This document shows, in pieces, positions 49,013 through 63,494 of a stretch of DNA of 64,000 nt. Each line of letters opens with the position of its first letter. The stretch's first letter is position 1. The position numbers and the translations under genes were made by a program. A model generated the notes under the pieces. That model was given only the letters and a program-made list of their open reading frames with translations, was not told the origin of the DNA and searched no databases. Source of the DNA: the human T2T-CHM13v2.0 reference genome, Homo sapiens; assembly GCF_009914755.1 (NCBI RefSeq), contig NC_060947.1; one strand, given 5' to 3'.

Positions 49013-51704
49013 TAGGTTAGAGCAGGGTGTTCTGCATTTTCCAAATTGTGTTGATGTATTGGTGTGGATGCTGTCAAAGTATATTACTTTGGAATTAAGT
49101 TCAAGCAATGATGAATAATGCTATCAAAATATATAATGTTTCCATGTGTTAAAATATTGCAGTAATGTTTCGTATGTAGCACAAGAATACTGGGAAACTT
49201 TACTAAAATTGACACCATTTTGAACTTGTACCCATGTATGTCTTTCTCTCATACAAAGCTTACGTGTTGAGGATGGAGTGAAAAAAAGCAGCTAGACAGG
49301 CAGTATGGTAGCCACCCCTGCCTACAGGCAGAATGTCCACAGCCATTCTGAAATGAGAACTAACCGCTTTATTCTATAAAAACATTCTAAATGTGGGGTT
49401 TCTCGGTTTTATCCTTTTCTCCATTCCAGATATCTGCTACATAGCAAATGTTAGTTGTTACCCTGAGATATAAGACAGCTGACCAATTAGGAGGCCCAGT
49501 TCAGAATTGAGCCAGGCCTTGATTGGATGGCATGGCAGTTTTTCTGGTGGGTCACTCTAGTTATCCTTCACCAGTGGTGCTTCACTTAACCTCTAAAGTG
49601 TGCGGATGACCCAGGGCCTGGTTCTGTGTAGGGAAAATGAGAGCTTTTCCCCTCTCTTCTCATTCCGGCACATAGCTGTCCTACTCGTTGGGGGCTGGGG
49701 AGTCCAGAGAAGGAAGTGGTGTCCCCACAAAGGAATTGCTAAGGAGTTCCACAGCCTCCCTCTTGCCTGCCTTTTGGCCTCCTCAAAAACTATACAAATA
49801 AAAGGCGATTTATTCTACCACACTGTAACAAAAGAACATAGCTTCAGTAGCAATCAAGTGACTTTTAGAGACCAGTGGTCTCCCCTTTACCCCTAGGAAA
49901 TGCATAGCTCTTGCTCAGAGGGAAAGGTGAACTCATGCACATCATGTCATTGAAGGAAAATTACAAAGGCAAAAGGAGCAGACCCACATCCCAGGGAAGT
50001 TAGAAAGCAGGTTGTGCTGCTGGTTACTAACGAGACATTTTATAACCACTTCTCTCATTGTAACATATAAGAACACCAGCCTCCCTGAGAAAGGCAGGTG
50101 CTTACAACATAATGACTGTTGGAATAACACATCCTCTTCATCTCTAACCCTATTGGGCAGAAGAGGATATAGGTTGTTTGGGTAGTTTGACATCATCTTC
50201 TATATGCCAGAGAAAAGCAGGAGGTTCAGGTACAGGTTTCAGGAGAATGTCGGTTAAGACAAATCCAACTATGAATGGAAGAGCAATTGATATTTTTCTT
50301 GCCCTGGGAGTTAGATATAGTGATGTCTTCTGCTGTTTTTGGGCTTTCTTTTTTTTTTTTTTTTTTTGGAAGTGGAACTCAATATTTTAATGATTTTACT
50401 TAAGATAAATAGTATAAAAGGAAAATGTTAAACGGTTGTGTTCTGTGGACAGTGGGGCTAAAACAAATATAAAATAATAATAATTGGTTATAGAGGACCA
50501 AGTACAGAAGATGAGAGTTTCCTTGGAAACTGGGGAATACCAAAATAATCTGTTTCTTAACTTGGCGATGTAGTCTTAAAAATTAAAGCTACCATTTATT
50601 GAGCATTGGTTGTGGGTGCAAGTTTTTATGTGTACAATGCTTTTGGGCTTTCTTCAGCTTTATTATTAACTAGGTTAGGGCTCAAATAACCTTCCAGGTG
50701 TTAATGGAGTTATTTAGGCAATTCTTAGAAAGTGATATTCTAATCTCTTTCATCTTGACACTTGCCTCCACCCTGCTCTTTGCTGATGGCCACAGCCACG
50801 AAAACCTTGAAGATAGGGGTGGTAATTGCCCAGCACTGTGTTTGTAATAAACTTTTGGAAACTAGAAAGGACCTTGTACTTTAGAACTGTGAAATGTTTC
50901 CAACACAAAGCCAGCATGTTTAATTTCCTCAATAAAACACCAAAGTAAGTTAAAGCTTATTTATCCATAGTTGGGATTAGATCAAAGAGATTATTTCATT
51001 CATGACTTGAGATTTGACAGAAATAACCAACACTAACTGCCCTTTGGGAAGGGAACTGTAAAAAGTATACAAGACAAGTTGACTAAAAATGTTTTCAGAT
51101 AAATCATTTAATCTTTTATCAGATATTGATGATTAAAAAAACTATATACATCTAAACTTACTGATTCTTGCATAAACCCAGAATCTAACTAAAATAATTA
51201 ATAACAAGCTATAACTTGAGGTGTTAAATCATGCAAAATTATGACTATATCCCATAAAGTTCAATAGTTCAGATTTCCTAAATAGTCCACAGCTTTCTCT
51301 GAAATACTATTCTCTACATTAACATACATCTTTGCTTCTCAAAGTGATCTCAAATAACAGCCCTAAAGGAACTGCCAATCCAATTTGAGGAACACTTTAA
51401 TTTGTGGGTAGGGAGAGGAGGAAATATCTGTTTTTTGCACTGATCTACCTGTCCTTTTGGTCTTGAATAAAAGAAATACAAATTTAAAAATTTTTTAATG
51501 GAAAAATAATTTCATTGTCCTTTAGCTCATTTGGATTTTTGAAAGCTTTCTAATAATAGTATAACTAAGGACTTCATGTCACAATTCAATTCTTTTAAAT
51601 ATACATGCAGTTAGTAATATCAGTATAATAAATAGAATATATTTGATTAAAGGGGAGCAGGCAGGTTATAACTGAGTTTTATTGAGTTACTTTATTTGGG
51701 GACT

Positions 51705-52040
51705 ATATTAGGTCAGTTTCCAGGGAAGCTGACTCAGAGCTGGAGATCTGGGTGCTGGAACTTTATTGGGAAGTGCTCTGGGGATGACTACCTATGGCAG
51801 AAGGATTATGCGGAACTTGAGCTCCAATGTTGTCCCAACAAAGGCCTCTGCCATTCCCTTGGAAGTTCTGGAGCTGGGTGGCCCTTCAGAGTTGTCTTCA
51901 ACCGCATCTAGGTCAGAACAACTCTAGGGAGGGGTGGGACCTTGAGCGAGGCATTCTCTGCTGCCCCGTCCAATTACTGGGGAAGGTTTCAGCTGTGAGG
52001 TAAGAGTAACGAGTGCCTGGTCCCAAAGGGAGCCTGGGGG
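51705..52040. mobile_element. ERVL LTR fragment (LTR16-like)
   Basis: GGAAGC.GACTC.GAG.TGGAGAT...TTTATTGGGAAGTGCTCT...CTGGAGCTGGG.TGGCCCTTCAGAGTTGTC; homologous to the 63495 element. Confidence 0.55.
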
Positions 52041-52441
52041 GCCCACCGTGGCCTCCACTACAGACACATGTTTATATTTGTTTTTCCAGCTTTGATAAAG
52101 TATTTGGCAGAAGGCAACAGTCATTACCAGAATAATCATTTAGCACAACATTCATTCATTCAACATTTGATTTCCTACTATATGCCAAAAACCATGTTAA
52201 ACTTTAGAAGTAAAATATTGAATAGGAGGTCACCTGTCGTGTAGGGGATCACAGCCTAGCAGGGGTTTTGGACACACAGGCAGACCAAAGACAATATGGC
52301 ATTTGCCCTACTAGAGGAGGAGGGTCTGAGAGAGTTCATTTCATGCTGAATAGCTACAGGTTAAGAATACTTCAGAAAGAAAGGGCAGCTCTTAAGATAA
52401 ACAGCTGTAACCTGATCATTCAATGTAACCTCTCTCTCCAG

Positions 52442-52495
52442 CTTCATTCTTGCCCGGAAAGCTGATCGACTTGCTAAGCTACATAAGGAAATAAG
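52442..52495 (+). CDS. MAOA: MAOA exon 10 (54 nt), (G)FILARKADRLAKLHKEI(R)
   Basis: ctctccag|C acceptor, AAG|gtaaga donor; manual translation. Confidence 0.96.
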
Positions 52496-53562
52496 GTAAG
52501 AATTTATAACTGAAAAATAGATGAAAAAGTTAGCTTTGTATTTTGTTTTTGCACTGACAGTAGTAGAATAACATGAGGAAAAACACAGTACTTCACAAAT
52601 ATTCTCAAAATTCCAACAAACCAACCTTTTGTATTTTGCTACAGCCCTCTTGACCTAGCCCTTGCCCGTGTGCATATATTAATTTTACATGTTCGTGTTT
52701 ATTTTACAGTGGTTAAGAGGTAGGATTTCCCTGAGAGATGGATGGATAAAAATCATAGAAAATATTAGCTGTGAAAAATGCTGTAGAAACCGAATCCCAA
52801 TCCTCTTTCAAGGCCATAATCTTTTTCTAAGATTCTCTGACATGGACTTTCTAAAAAGTATATTTTAACCTGTAGCAACTTTTGTACATGAAAATATTCA
52901 CTACTGCTTATCTGGGACACAGTTCTGATGTTCCCTTATCTGAAAGCTTCCTAGTATAAAATTTATTTTAGGACAGTGGTTTTTTTTTTTTTCTTTCTTT
53001 CTCCCTTTCTCTTCCTGTCATGGTATATTTGTTTTGTTTTGTTTTGGAATCCTTTGTTCAATTAAAGTCTTACCTGAAGAGGTAAGCCTTTTAACATCAG
53101 AGTTATTTGGCTGTTGGAGGGTTGCCTCTGGGTAGCCCTAAATCCTCTGCTAGCTTTTAAAGAGGTCCAATACATACACAAAAATATAGACTTTTCTCTG
53201 AATGTAATTTAAAAAATTAAACAGCTAACCCATTAGCAGCCGTTGCTTTGGGAGTTACTCTGATGACTTTAGAAGTGGGGGAAAGGCTGCAGAATGAGTT
53301 CCTACATGTGCACACGGATTTGTTTATTTGAATCTCATGGTTTGCAGGTAAGCTTTACATGGAAGAAACTCCCAGTTTCAATTAGCAGGTTCTTCTCTGT
53401 TCACTGTAAGTGGTAAATGGTTGAATCTCAACAATCATGGGATTCAAACAACCATGAGATTGTGGAATCTCATGGTTGTTAAAAATAAACTCTACTCACT
53501 CAATGGAGGAGGGATTTGGGGTCCAGTGATGGGGAATGATTTGTTCAAGCCTCCATAGCTAG

Positions 53563-53996
53563 TGTCTTAGTGCATTTGTGATACTGTAACAAAGTGCCTG
53601 AAACTGGGTAATTTATGAAGAATAGAAATTTATTTCTCACAGTTCTAGAGGCTGGGAAGTCCAAGATTATGATGCCAACAGATTCAATTCAGTGTTTGGT
53701 GAGAACCTGTTCCGTAGGTAGCACTTTCTCATGGTGCCCTCACATGGCAGAAAAGGCAGAAGGAGGAAGGACAAAAAGTGATGAAGGTGGTATCCTCACT
53801 TGGAGGAAGGCAGAAGGGCAGAAAGGGCCTAGCTAGTTCCCTCCAGCCCATTTATAAGGGCACTAATCTATTCATGAGAGCAGAATCTTCCTGATTTCAT
53901 CATTTCCGCAGAGACCCCACCTCAAAATACCATCACCTTGGAGGTTAAGTTCCAACATTTAAATTTTGGAGGGACACATACATTCAAATCATCGCA
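53563..53996. mobile_element. MaLR solo LTR (MST/MLT1A-like), inserted in a MIR
   Basis: TG...CA termini, 434 bp, 5-bp TSD GCTAG (53558-53562 and 53997-54001); CTCACAGTTCTAGAGGCTGGGAAGTCCAAGAT motif. Confidence 0.88.
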
Positions 53997-54219
53997 GCTA
54001 GCTTGTGACAAAAAGTCTGGAGTAGCATATAGCGCATACTTTTTCATTACACCACACTAAGCTGACATTTTCTTTTGGATTTCCTGCTTTCCCTCCTTAT
54101 TAATAGTAAAATAAATACCAGCCTGTAGGTAGACATTTGGTTATGATTCCACACAGTGGCTGAACTTCTCAAAAGTTCTTGTAAGGCAAAACCCTTACTA
54201 AATATGTCATTGACAAAAA

Positions 54220-54391
54220 CAGTGGTTCCCAGATCTGACTGCATCAAAATATCCCAAAAGATGTTTGGAAAATATGTTTTTATAAGACCTATAGATTGTG
54301 ATTGAGTAGGTTTGAGGTGGGGCCTGTGTATTTGTATTTTTCAACAAGCTTTTCAGGTGATTATGATAAGCAACCAGATTTAGAAACCAGT
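54220..54391. mobile_element. MER5-like DNA transposon
   Basis: CAGTGGTTC.CA ... T.AGAAACCA.TG imperfect terminal inverted repeats; GTAGGT.TG.GGTGGGGCC motif. Confidence 0.65.
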
Positions 54392-54753
54392 GAATAAGTT
54401 CAACGAGATGATTTGCACAGTGGCCTCTTTTAGTCATCACTTAGGTTCTGTTATTTTTAGAGCCAAATTAATCAATCAGTGCATTGTTTTAACATCCTTG
54501 CCTTACATATCTTTTCCAAAAATTTTTAATTTTAAAGGGAAGAAGGGAAAGGGAAAGATAATTTCCTATGTTTGTGTGAACACATCCTTGGCTCTTCTAA
54601 TAATATGAAATACAGTAAATAATGACTTGTAACTATTATAATTGTTTTTAACATTCATGAATGAAAACTAACTACAATGTGGGTTGATTGGATTTCAGGT
54701 TTCACTCTGCTTTAATAAAAATTTTATTACACATCCAGAAAGTAAGTTAAGCA

Positions 54754-55035
54754 GGCCTGGCGCATTGGCTCACACCTGTAATCCCAACACTTTGGGAGGC
54801 TGAGGCAGGCAGACTGCTTGAGTGCAGAGGTTGAAGACCAGCTTGGGCAACATAGAGAAACCGTCTCCACAAAAAAATAAAAAAATTAGCCAGGCCTGGT
54901 GACATGTATCTGTAGTCCCAGCAACTTGGGAGGCTGAGGCGAGAGGATCACCTGAGTCCAGGGAGGTTAAGGCTGCAGTGAGCCATAATCGTGCCACTGC
55001 ATTCCAGCTTGGGTGACAGAGTGAGACCCTATCTC
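54754..55035 (+). mobile_element. Alu (AluJ-like)
   Basis: Dimeric Alu; TAAGTTAAG on both flanks. Confidence 0.92.
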
Positions 55036-56860
55036 AGAAATAATAATAACAGTAATAAGTTAAGTACTGTTGAGCTTTTTTAGAATAATCATTGCCGATA
55101 CTTTCATTTTCTAATTAACTTGAAATGTCTGAATTATTGCTTGTAACACCCTTGTGAAGTAGGTGTTAGAATCAGTCATCTCTTCATAGACTAGGCAAAG
55201 AGTAGGCTGAGGATGGGTTTTGACTGAACAAATATTTATTGAGTACCTACTATGGGCAGATTACTCAGAAGGGTAATAGCCTTACCCTGCTATTAATTAG
55301 CTGAGCAAAATCAAACAGATCTCTGCAGCTCCCTGAGCCTCGGTTTCCTCATCTCTGAAATGAGGGGCTTGAATCAGGCTGAGAGAGACAGACAGACAGA
55401 CAGTAGTCTTGAGACTTCTTCCCATTCTTCTTTTCCTTTATGACTTTTTATGTATAATGTGAGCAGCTCTTTGAAGGAAGCCAAACTTCCTCTGACTATC
55501 CTGAAATTTAACTATCCACCTAAATATCCATCTAATGTTGCATGACATCATCTCAGGAGTGGCATTTGTCTCTCCCTTAAACCTTCCATGGAAAATGGTA
55601 ACAATAAGCAAAGTTTATAATCTGCCTCCTCCTCCTGATTTTATACATATGAGGTGAATGTTCTGGAAGTTATAAAAATGGTTTAAGTGTGAGGATTTAG
55701 ATAAATTTATAAGGTTACACTTTGTCCCATGTTATTCAGAGAAATTGGGGGCATGTCTTTAAAATATTTTCTAATGTAATTGGCAACATAAAATTGTATA
55801 TTTCTAAATCTCTATTTCTTTATTACCAGTAAGCTTGAGCTCCCCCCGCCCTGCATAATTTTGTCTCTTCAGCTTTTAATACTTGTCTTACAGATTTGAC
55901 TCAAACCTTTTGCCACATTTTTAAGCAAATATTTTTCCAGTTGCTTGTTATCCCTTAACAAATATTTTAGAGCATTTTCAAATGTTTAAACTATATTAAA
56001 ACTATAAAAGGTAAATAGGAAAAGTATATAACTGGATCAGTGTGAACCTATGCAAACAAATCCAGAAATAAAACCATTAATTTCTAAAACAGGTGATTTT
56101 AGTAAATTAGACTTTTAAAAAAATTCACCATGAGTAGTTGTGAGTTTAAAATGTATTTCGTTTCAAAAAGAGTTTATATAAGTACAACCACTAACTTTTT
56201 CAGACATGAAAATACCATGTTCTGGGCTAGTCATTTAGATAATGAATTATGAGAATAACCAAAGGCTGTGTTTGAGGTAACATTAGCATATTTTGCCCAT
56301 CCCTCAGATACACTTTGAAATACTGTGGTCCACAGACCATTCTATCAAGTGACAAATTCCTAGACTGAAATGACTGTAGATACTTTCTGTATAGCATATC
56401 TTACGTTATGCTTAAAAGATGAAATGAGCTTTATATGTTTGTAGGTAATTAAAACACAAGTATAGGATAGTTAAAAGACACCATCACTCATACTATAGAC
56501 TTATAAAAGGGATCATTTTAGAACTCTACGTATTCCAGAAAAGTTATATAGAATCAGTTCCTAAGACTGGCTAAACTTAATTGAATTCATTTTTCCCATT
56601 TTTATCTCGAGAAGATATCATATTAGGTAGTGAAAGAGGCAAAAATGTAAAAAAAGAAAAGAATAATTCCATTGAATCCTCAAATTAAATGACTACTGAG
56701 GCATTGAAAGTTAATTTGAGTGCGGGGATTCATGGAAATGTTCATTTGTGCAGTTACAGAAGGCCATGGATTTTAATTTATCTGTAATAAATCTGGTTGA
56801 TACCAAGAGCTCTAGAACTCACTGTATTTATTCTATACCCATCAGTTACTCCTTCCCTAA

Positions 56861-56971
<111 letters not shown>

Positions 56972-58107
56972 TAATCCCTAGCAGGTTCTTCTCTGTTCAC
57001 TATAAGTAGTAAAGCAAAGCATATTCTGATTTTTTGACAGTCTTATGAAGAGAGTATAAAGCGATATGCTTAACTTGGAGGATAAACTTCAGCAGTCACA
57101 AAAGGTCATTAAAAGCTGGTATTAGGCGCATGGAATTTCTGACACAGCAACTTCTTTGGGCTGTTTAAATGTTCACTAGATAACTGGCAGCCAATTGTAA
57201 TGAGAGCCTAGAGCTGCAGGGATTATGTCAAGAATGGGTGAGTTGGGTTCCTAGAACAGAAGTCCTGCCCCCAGTCAGTGTCACTTACCTGCTGCACAAT
57301 TAAATTCCAGATATGTTATCATTTGTTGGTGAAGGCAAAGTAGTATGTACTTGACAAGATAGACTGAATCTAGAGTCTCTTCCCAGGTCAAAGTCATACT
57401 AATTTGTTTTTCCATGTGTGAACTCAATTCACAACTCATTTAGGAATATCAGTGCTTTCAATCCACCACTGAAAGCAATTAGGAGAATGAAATTACGTCT
57501 TTTTGAAAAAAAAAATAGAATGGCTGAGCGCTCTTTCAGGGGCTTGTCTCTAAACTGTTCAAATAATAAACTTTCTGAATGTGCCAGGGAAATTAGAGAA
57601 GGTTCTCTCATGTCCCCTAGGAAATAGTTTTCATCTTAATTGCCGCTTTTTCGTGGAATTCCCATCATACATGTTTCCAGCTTAGAAAAGTGGCTGGGAA
57701 AAAAGCCTTTCTTAGACATTTGTTTGTCTTCTGCCTCCTCCCTCCCACCCTTTCCTTAGCAATAATGCCTGATAGATGGGGAAGTAAAGTCTGTTATTAG
57801 GGACTCCAGAGATTTGAGCAGACCTTTCCACAAGCTGAATTGTTGATGGGGTTTCCTATAGACTTAGCTCTAAAGACTTCAGAATCTGCATGGATGGATG
57901 GATACCCCTCTCTCCCAGATACTGGAATACTTCATGTCTTCCCTAATCAAGAAAATGGGAAGAGCAAAGTATACATGTTTTGCCACATGGTACTTCACAA
58001 AAGGCCATTGCTTGGTACTATCATGTTTCCCCTTAAGTGAGTTAGAAAAACAGGATTTTCTTTATTTTCTTAATGTAAACTTTTTGTTAAAGCAACGATA
58101 TTATTGA

Positions 58108-58380
<273 letters not shown>

Positions 58381-60007
58381 TAATACTTGTATATTTCTGG
58401 ATGTCCATAGAAAAATAAGGATGTCATTACATAGAACAATAGCTGTCAGCATACAGAACAATAGCAGAACAGTGGGGAGGATTTCAGATGTGAACAGTGC
58501 TTGTGAGAATGAAGCAAGCTACAGTGTCCTCCAAGGGGACTTCGTGAGCTCAACTTGACATTTAGTCTCACATGACTGCCTTAGGCTCCTTGGCACCAGT
58601 CAACACAGAAGGACATTGGATGTGTTTATCCAACACTTCTGTCTTGCCAACAGAGCAGCATCAGCAGACAGTCCTCTTCAGGGGAAGAGTCCTCACTGTA
58701 TACAGTTGAGATGTGAGGAAATGACATCCACGTGGGGTGGGTCCACCTTGACCTAGAAGCCCCTTGCTCCATGGGAGCCATTATCTCTATGCTTCATAGG
58801 CATAGTGTCCGGTACCTTGCTCAGTTATAAGACTTGCTCAGTTACAAGAGACACCACACTCAGGGAAGCCCAAAGTGATAGCCTCCTACCAGGTATTTAC
58901 AATTCATTTAGAGTCCTCCCAGCCTGGATGCAGTTCACTAATGTGGGGATGGGAGGGGAGGCACTTTTAGCATAAATGGTGTTGCCTCCATAGATGGCAT
59001 TACACCTTCATCTGGTTTCCAGAGAAACAGAGCTAGAAAGTTAATACAAGGTCACATTTGTCCACTGAAAAGGAGGAAGTATTTATTAACCTTTTCGTTA
59101 CAGGAGTTTTTAGTCTGTTTTTTTTTTCTTCTTAATTGAGTCAGATCGCCTTTGTTAACAATAGCAGGATTGATGAACTGGATTAGTTCTGGTATCAAAG
59201 TAGAAGTCTAGAAGACAAGACTAAGATGAGGAATAGATGAAACCCAGGGTTCTGGAATTGGAAAAAGGAGTGCCAACGGGTTGAGATGAAGGCCATCAGG
59301 GTGGGGGGCAGGACATGCAGCTTGGGAGAGTTCATGAAACTAGCTGTGGACATGGCAGGAGTCAAAGCCAAAAAGTTGGAGGGGACAGCTGTCCATTCAG
59401 TCCAGCCCTTCTTTGTAAGAGGAGACCCATTTCCTTGCTCTCAGCCAGTCCCCAGAGAAGTTCAGAGAAGCTAACTGTACAGAGGTTGTTTTCTTAAAGA
59501 GACACACCCATATAATGTCTCAGGTCTCTCCTTTGCCAGAAATGATAGTTGACGTCCCTGTCTTCCCACCTGCCACTGCAGTTCCTCCTGACACACTGGG
59601 AGTGCCTGCAAAGCTGGATCTGTGGCTGTTTTCAAGAAGAGTGCACCCTCCCCCGAGAAAGACAGGACAGGGAGAAGAATGGACTGCCAACAGGAAACAG
59701 CAAAGAAATCTGATTTGGGGATTGAATACATGTTCTTATATTCCAGCTCTGGCTGGCTTGGAAAAGATCAACATCCCCTTTAATGATTGATGATCTGATG
59801 GCCTGATTCTCCCTGACTTGAAAGTTCAGATCCTCTATGCAGATCCAGAAAGCAAAAAGTGGCCTTTCACCTTGGGCTAAGTCATACGGGTGTTTTTTAA
59901 ACAGTCTGAATTTCTGTGCCTTCTGCAGACTAAATGAGGGCAGTGATTGGCTCATTTACCCTGCCCACCTTCCCAAGTAACTCTGTGTAACCTCTTGGTT
60001 CCCTTGA

Positions 60008-60187
<180 letters not shown>

Positions 60188-60270
60188 TAGTTCTTGACAC
60201 TGATAGAATCTGTATGTCCATTTCTCTGCCCCTCACTCATGGGGCTCATCTGTGGCTAGCAGGGCCTTGA

Positions 60271-60420
<150 letters not shown>

Positions 60421-60582
60421 TAGACCAATCATGGAACATAAAACTCACATCTCCCTTCTTCTAGCCTCCGATTTAATTATAGATGCAACTATCCCAGGGG
60501 TCTCCATGCATGGATCTTGCAGTGTTTTGTTCCTCCTTGTCAGCATGAGTTTTTTGCTCATGATCTGTGTTCCTTCATCTAG

Positions 60583-60729
<147 letters not shown>

Positions 60730-60963
60730 AGTTCTGTTCTTATGCTCTCTGCTCACTGGTTTTCAATACCACCAAGAGGAAAATATTGACAAGTTTAAAG
60801 GCTGTGTCATTGGGCCATGTTTAAGTGTACTGGATTTAACTACCTTTGGCTTAATTCCAATCATTGTTAAAGTAAAAACAATTCAAAGAATCACCTAATT
60901 AATTTCAGTAAGATCAAGCTCCATCTTATTTGTCAGTGTAGATCAACTCATGTTAATTGATAG

Positions 60964-60969
60964 AATAAA
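60964..60969 (+). terminator. Proximal polyadenylation signal AATAAA
   Basis: Canonical hexamer ~235 nt after the stop, with T/GT-rich sequence downstream. Confidence 0.7.
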
Positions 60970-63009
60970 GCCTTGTGATCACTTTCTGAAATTCACAAAG
61001 TTAAACGTGATGTGCTCATCAGAAACAATTTCTGTGTCCTGTTTTTATTCCCTTCAATGCAAAATACATGATGATTTCAGAAACAAAGCATTTGACTTTC
61101 TGTCTGTGGAGGTGGAGTAGGTGAAGGCCCAGCCTGTAACTGTCCTTTTTCTTCCCTTAGGCAATGGTGAACTGTCATTACAGAGCCTAGAGGCTCACAG
61201 CCTCCTGGAGGAAGCAGCCTCCACTTTGGATCAGGAAATAGTAAAGGAAAGCAGTGTTGGGGGTAGCGGCATGCAGACCCTCAGACCAGAATGGGGACAT
61301 CTTGTGGTCTGCTGCCTCAGGAATCTCCTGACCACTTGTAGTCCCTCCGACTTCTCTAGACATCTAGTCTCAGTGCTAGCTTATTTGTATTTTTCCTCTT
61401 TCACTTCTTATGGAGGAGAGTGTTTAACTGAGTTAGAATGTTGAAACTGACTTGCTGTGACTTATGTGCAGCTTTCCAGTTGAGCAGAGGAAAATAGTGG
61501 CAGGACTGTCCCCCAGGAGGACTCCCTGCTTAGCTCTGTGGGAGACCAACTACGACTGGCATCTTCTCTTCCCCCTGGAAGGCAGCTAGACACCAATGGA
61601 TCCTTGTCAGTTGTAACATTCTATTTCAACTTCAGGAAAGCAGCAGTTTTCTTTTAATTTTTCCTATGACCATAAAATTAGACATACCTCTCAACTTACA
61701 TATGTCTTCAACATGGTTACCTCTGCATAAATATTAGCAAAGCATGCCAATTTCTCTTAAGTACTGAAATACATATGATAAATTTGACTGTTATTTGTTG
61801 AGACTATCAGACAGAAAAGAAATTAGGGCTCTAATTTCCTTAAAGCAAGCTCACTTGCTTTAGTTGTTAAGTTTTATAAAAGACATGAAATTGAGTCATT
61901 TTATATATGAAAACTAAGTTCTCTATCTTAGGAGTAATGTCGGCCCACAAGGGTGCCCACCTCTTGTTTTCCCCTTTTAAAAACTCAGATTTTTAAAAGC
62001 CCTTTCCAAAGGTTTCAACTGTAAAATACTTCTTTTTACAATGTATCAACATATTTTTATTTAAGGGGAATTAACAATTGCCAGGGAAACCAGCCAACCC
62101 AAGTTTATTATATCATTAACCTTATCATAAATTCAAACCTAAGTTGCTGGACCCTGGTGTGAGGACATAAATCTTCCAAAGTTTTGCCTATCCTAAGAGC
62201 TGCATTTTTCTACTGCTCTTTACCTTGCATTTTAGCTAATTTAGGAGTTTTGAGAATGTATTGGATACGCTCCAGTACATAAGGAGTTGCCGCATATTAT
62301 ATCAGACTGCTTTGAGAAATCTCATCCCTAGTCTATTGCAGTTGTTTCTATTAGCTTACTGATTAACTCAGTCCTGACACACCTTTTGGGAAATGCTGAT
62401 TTAAACTTCTTAACTGGCAACAGTTGGAACAGTAATCAGTTTGCTAACATATTTAAAGTCTTGAATGTTGAAGAACTCATGTGATTTACCCTTTTCAACT
62501 TTTTGGAAAACGATTTAATTTATTCTAATTAGATTAACCCTATTAATCTATGGATTGGGTATCAAAATGAATGCCAGTCCAGATGTGCCTAGACACGAAA
62601 TTGGAGCTGAGGACTCTCACGATATGCAAGTTCATCCAACGTGAAGATACCATAAGCTTTTTCTCTGAACCAGAGAAATGAAAGTCAGTTTAAGAGGCTG
62701 ATAGATCTTGGCCCTGTTAAGGCATCCACTTCACAGTTCTGAAGGCTGAGTCAGCCCCACTCCACAGTTAGGCCAAGAATTAGATTTTAAAACTTCATCT
62801 GTCTGTCCCAGTTAACTGTTAAATAAGGCCTCATCCTCCACTGAAGAGTATGGATTGAAGGATTGTGAACTATGTTTAGTGTGATTGTGAACTTGGTGCC
62901 TAATGTTCCATGTCTGAAGTTTGCCCCAGTGCTACACGTTGGAGTATACCTATGTGTGTGCTTTGCCACTGAAGTAAGATTTTGCCTGTATGGTACTGTT
63001 TTGTTTGTT

Positions 63010-63015
63010 AATAAA
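63010..63015 (+). terminator. Distal polyadenylation signal AATAAA
   Basis: Canonical hexamer preceded by TGTA and T-rich elements. Confidence 0.8.
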
Positions 63016-63229
63016 GTGCACTGCCACCCCCAATGCAGACTCGACTCCTGTATTTAGTTGATGGCTCTATGCAGAAAGTTCAATGGCTTCTTATAGCAGG
63101 AGGTCACAATGAGGCATTGTCCATGGAGGATAGGCTTAGGAAATTGTTTAATACCGACTGCAAATTCTCAAAGTTGAGTTTGACTCTCATGTGTTATTGA
63201 GGTTTTCTGGGAACTGATTAAACACTGAA

Positions 63230-63390
63230 ATACTGTAGCCTGCCTAACTGGGCCACAGATGTGGATTCTGGTCCAAGTTTTCTCACCTAGTAGCTTATGA
63301 TAACTTGAGCAAGTCACTTTGGTTCTCTCGGTCTCCACATCTGGAAAAGGTTGGGTTGCATTAGATGACTTCTGAGCATTCTTTTCACGG
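63230..63390 (+). mobile_element. MIR fragment
   Basis: ACTTGAGCAAGTCACTT...CTCTC.GTCTC...CATCTG.AAAA.G...TTGCATTAGATGA. Confidence 0.6.
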
Positions 63391-63494
63391 CAGCATAATG
63401 TGATCTATGCATTTTGTTGCCAGCACTGTAACTGTTTTTGCCTATTGGTATGCCAGGGGCAAAAAAATCAGTCTTTCTGTACCCTGGTTTACTC

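Larger units (their letters stand above)
60730..63040 (+). other. MAOA: MAOA 3' UTR (long form, ~2.3 kb; end approximate)
   Basis: Follows the stop codon, lacks obvious interspersed repeats, and ends just after AATAAA at 63010. Confidence 0.8.
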
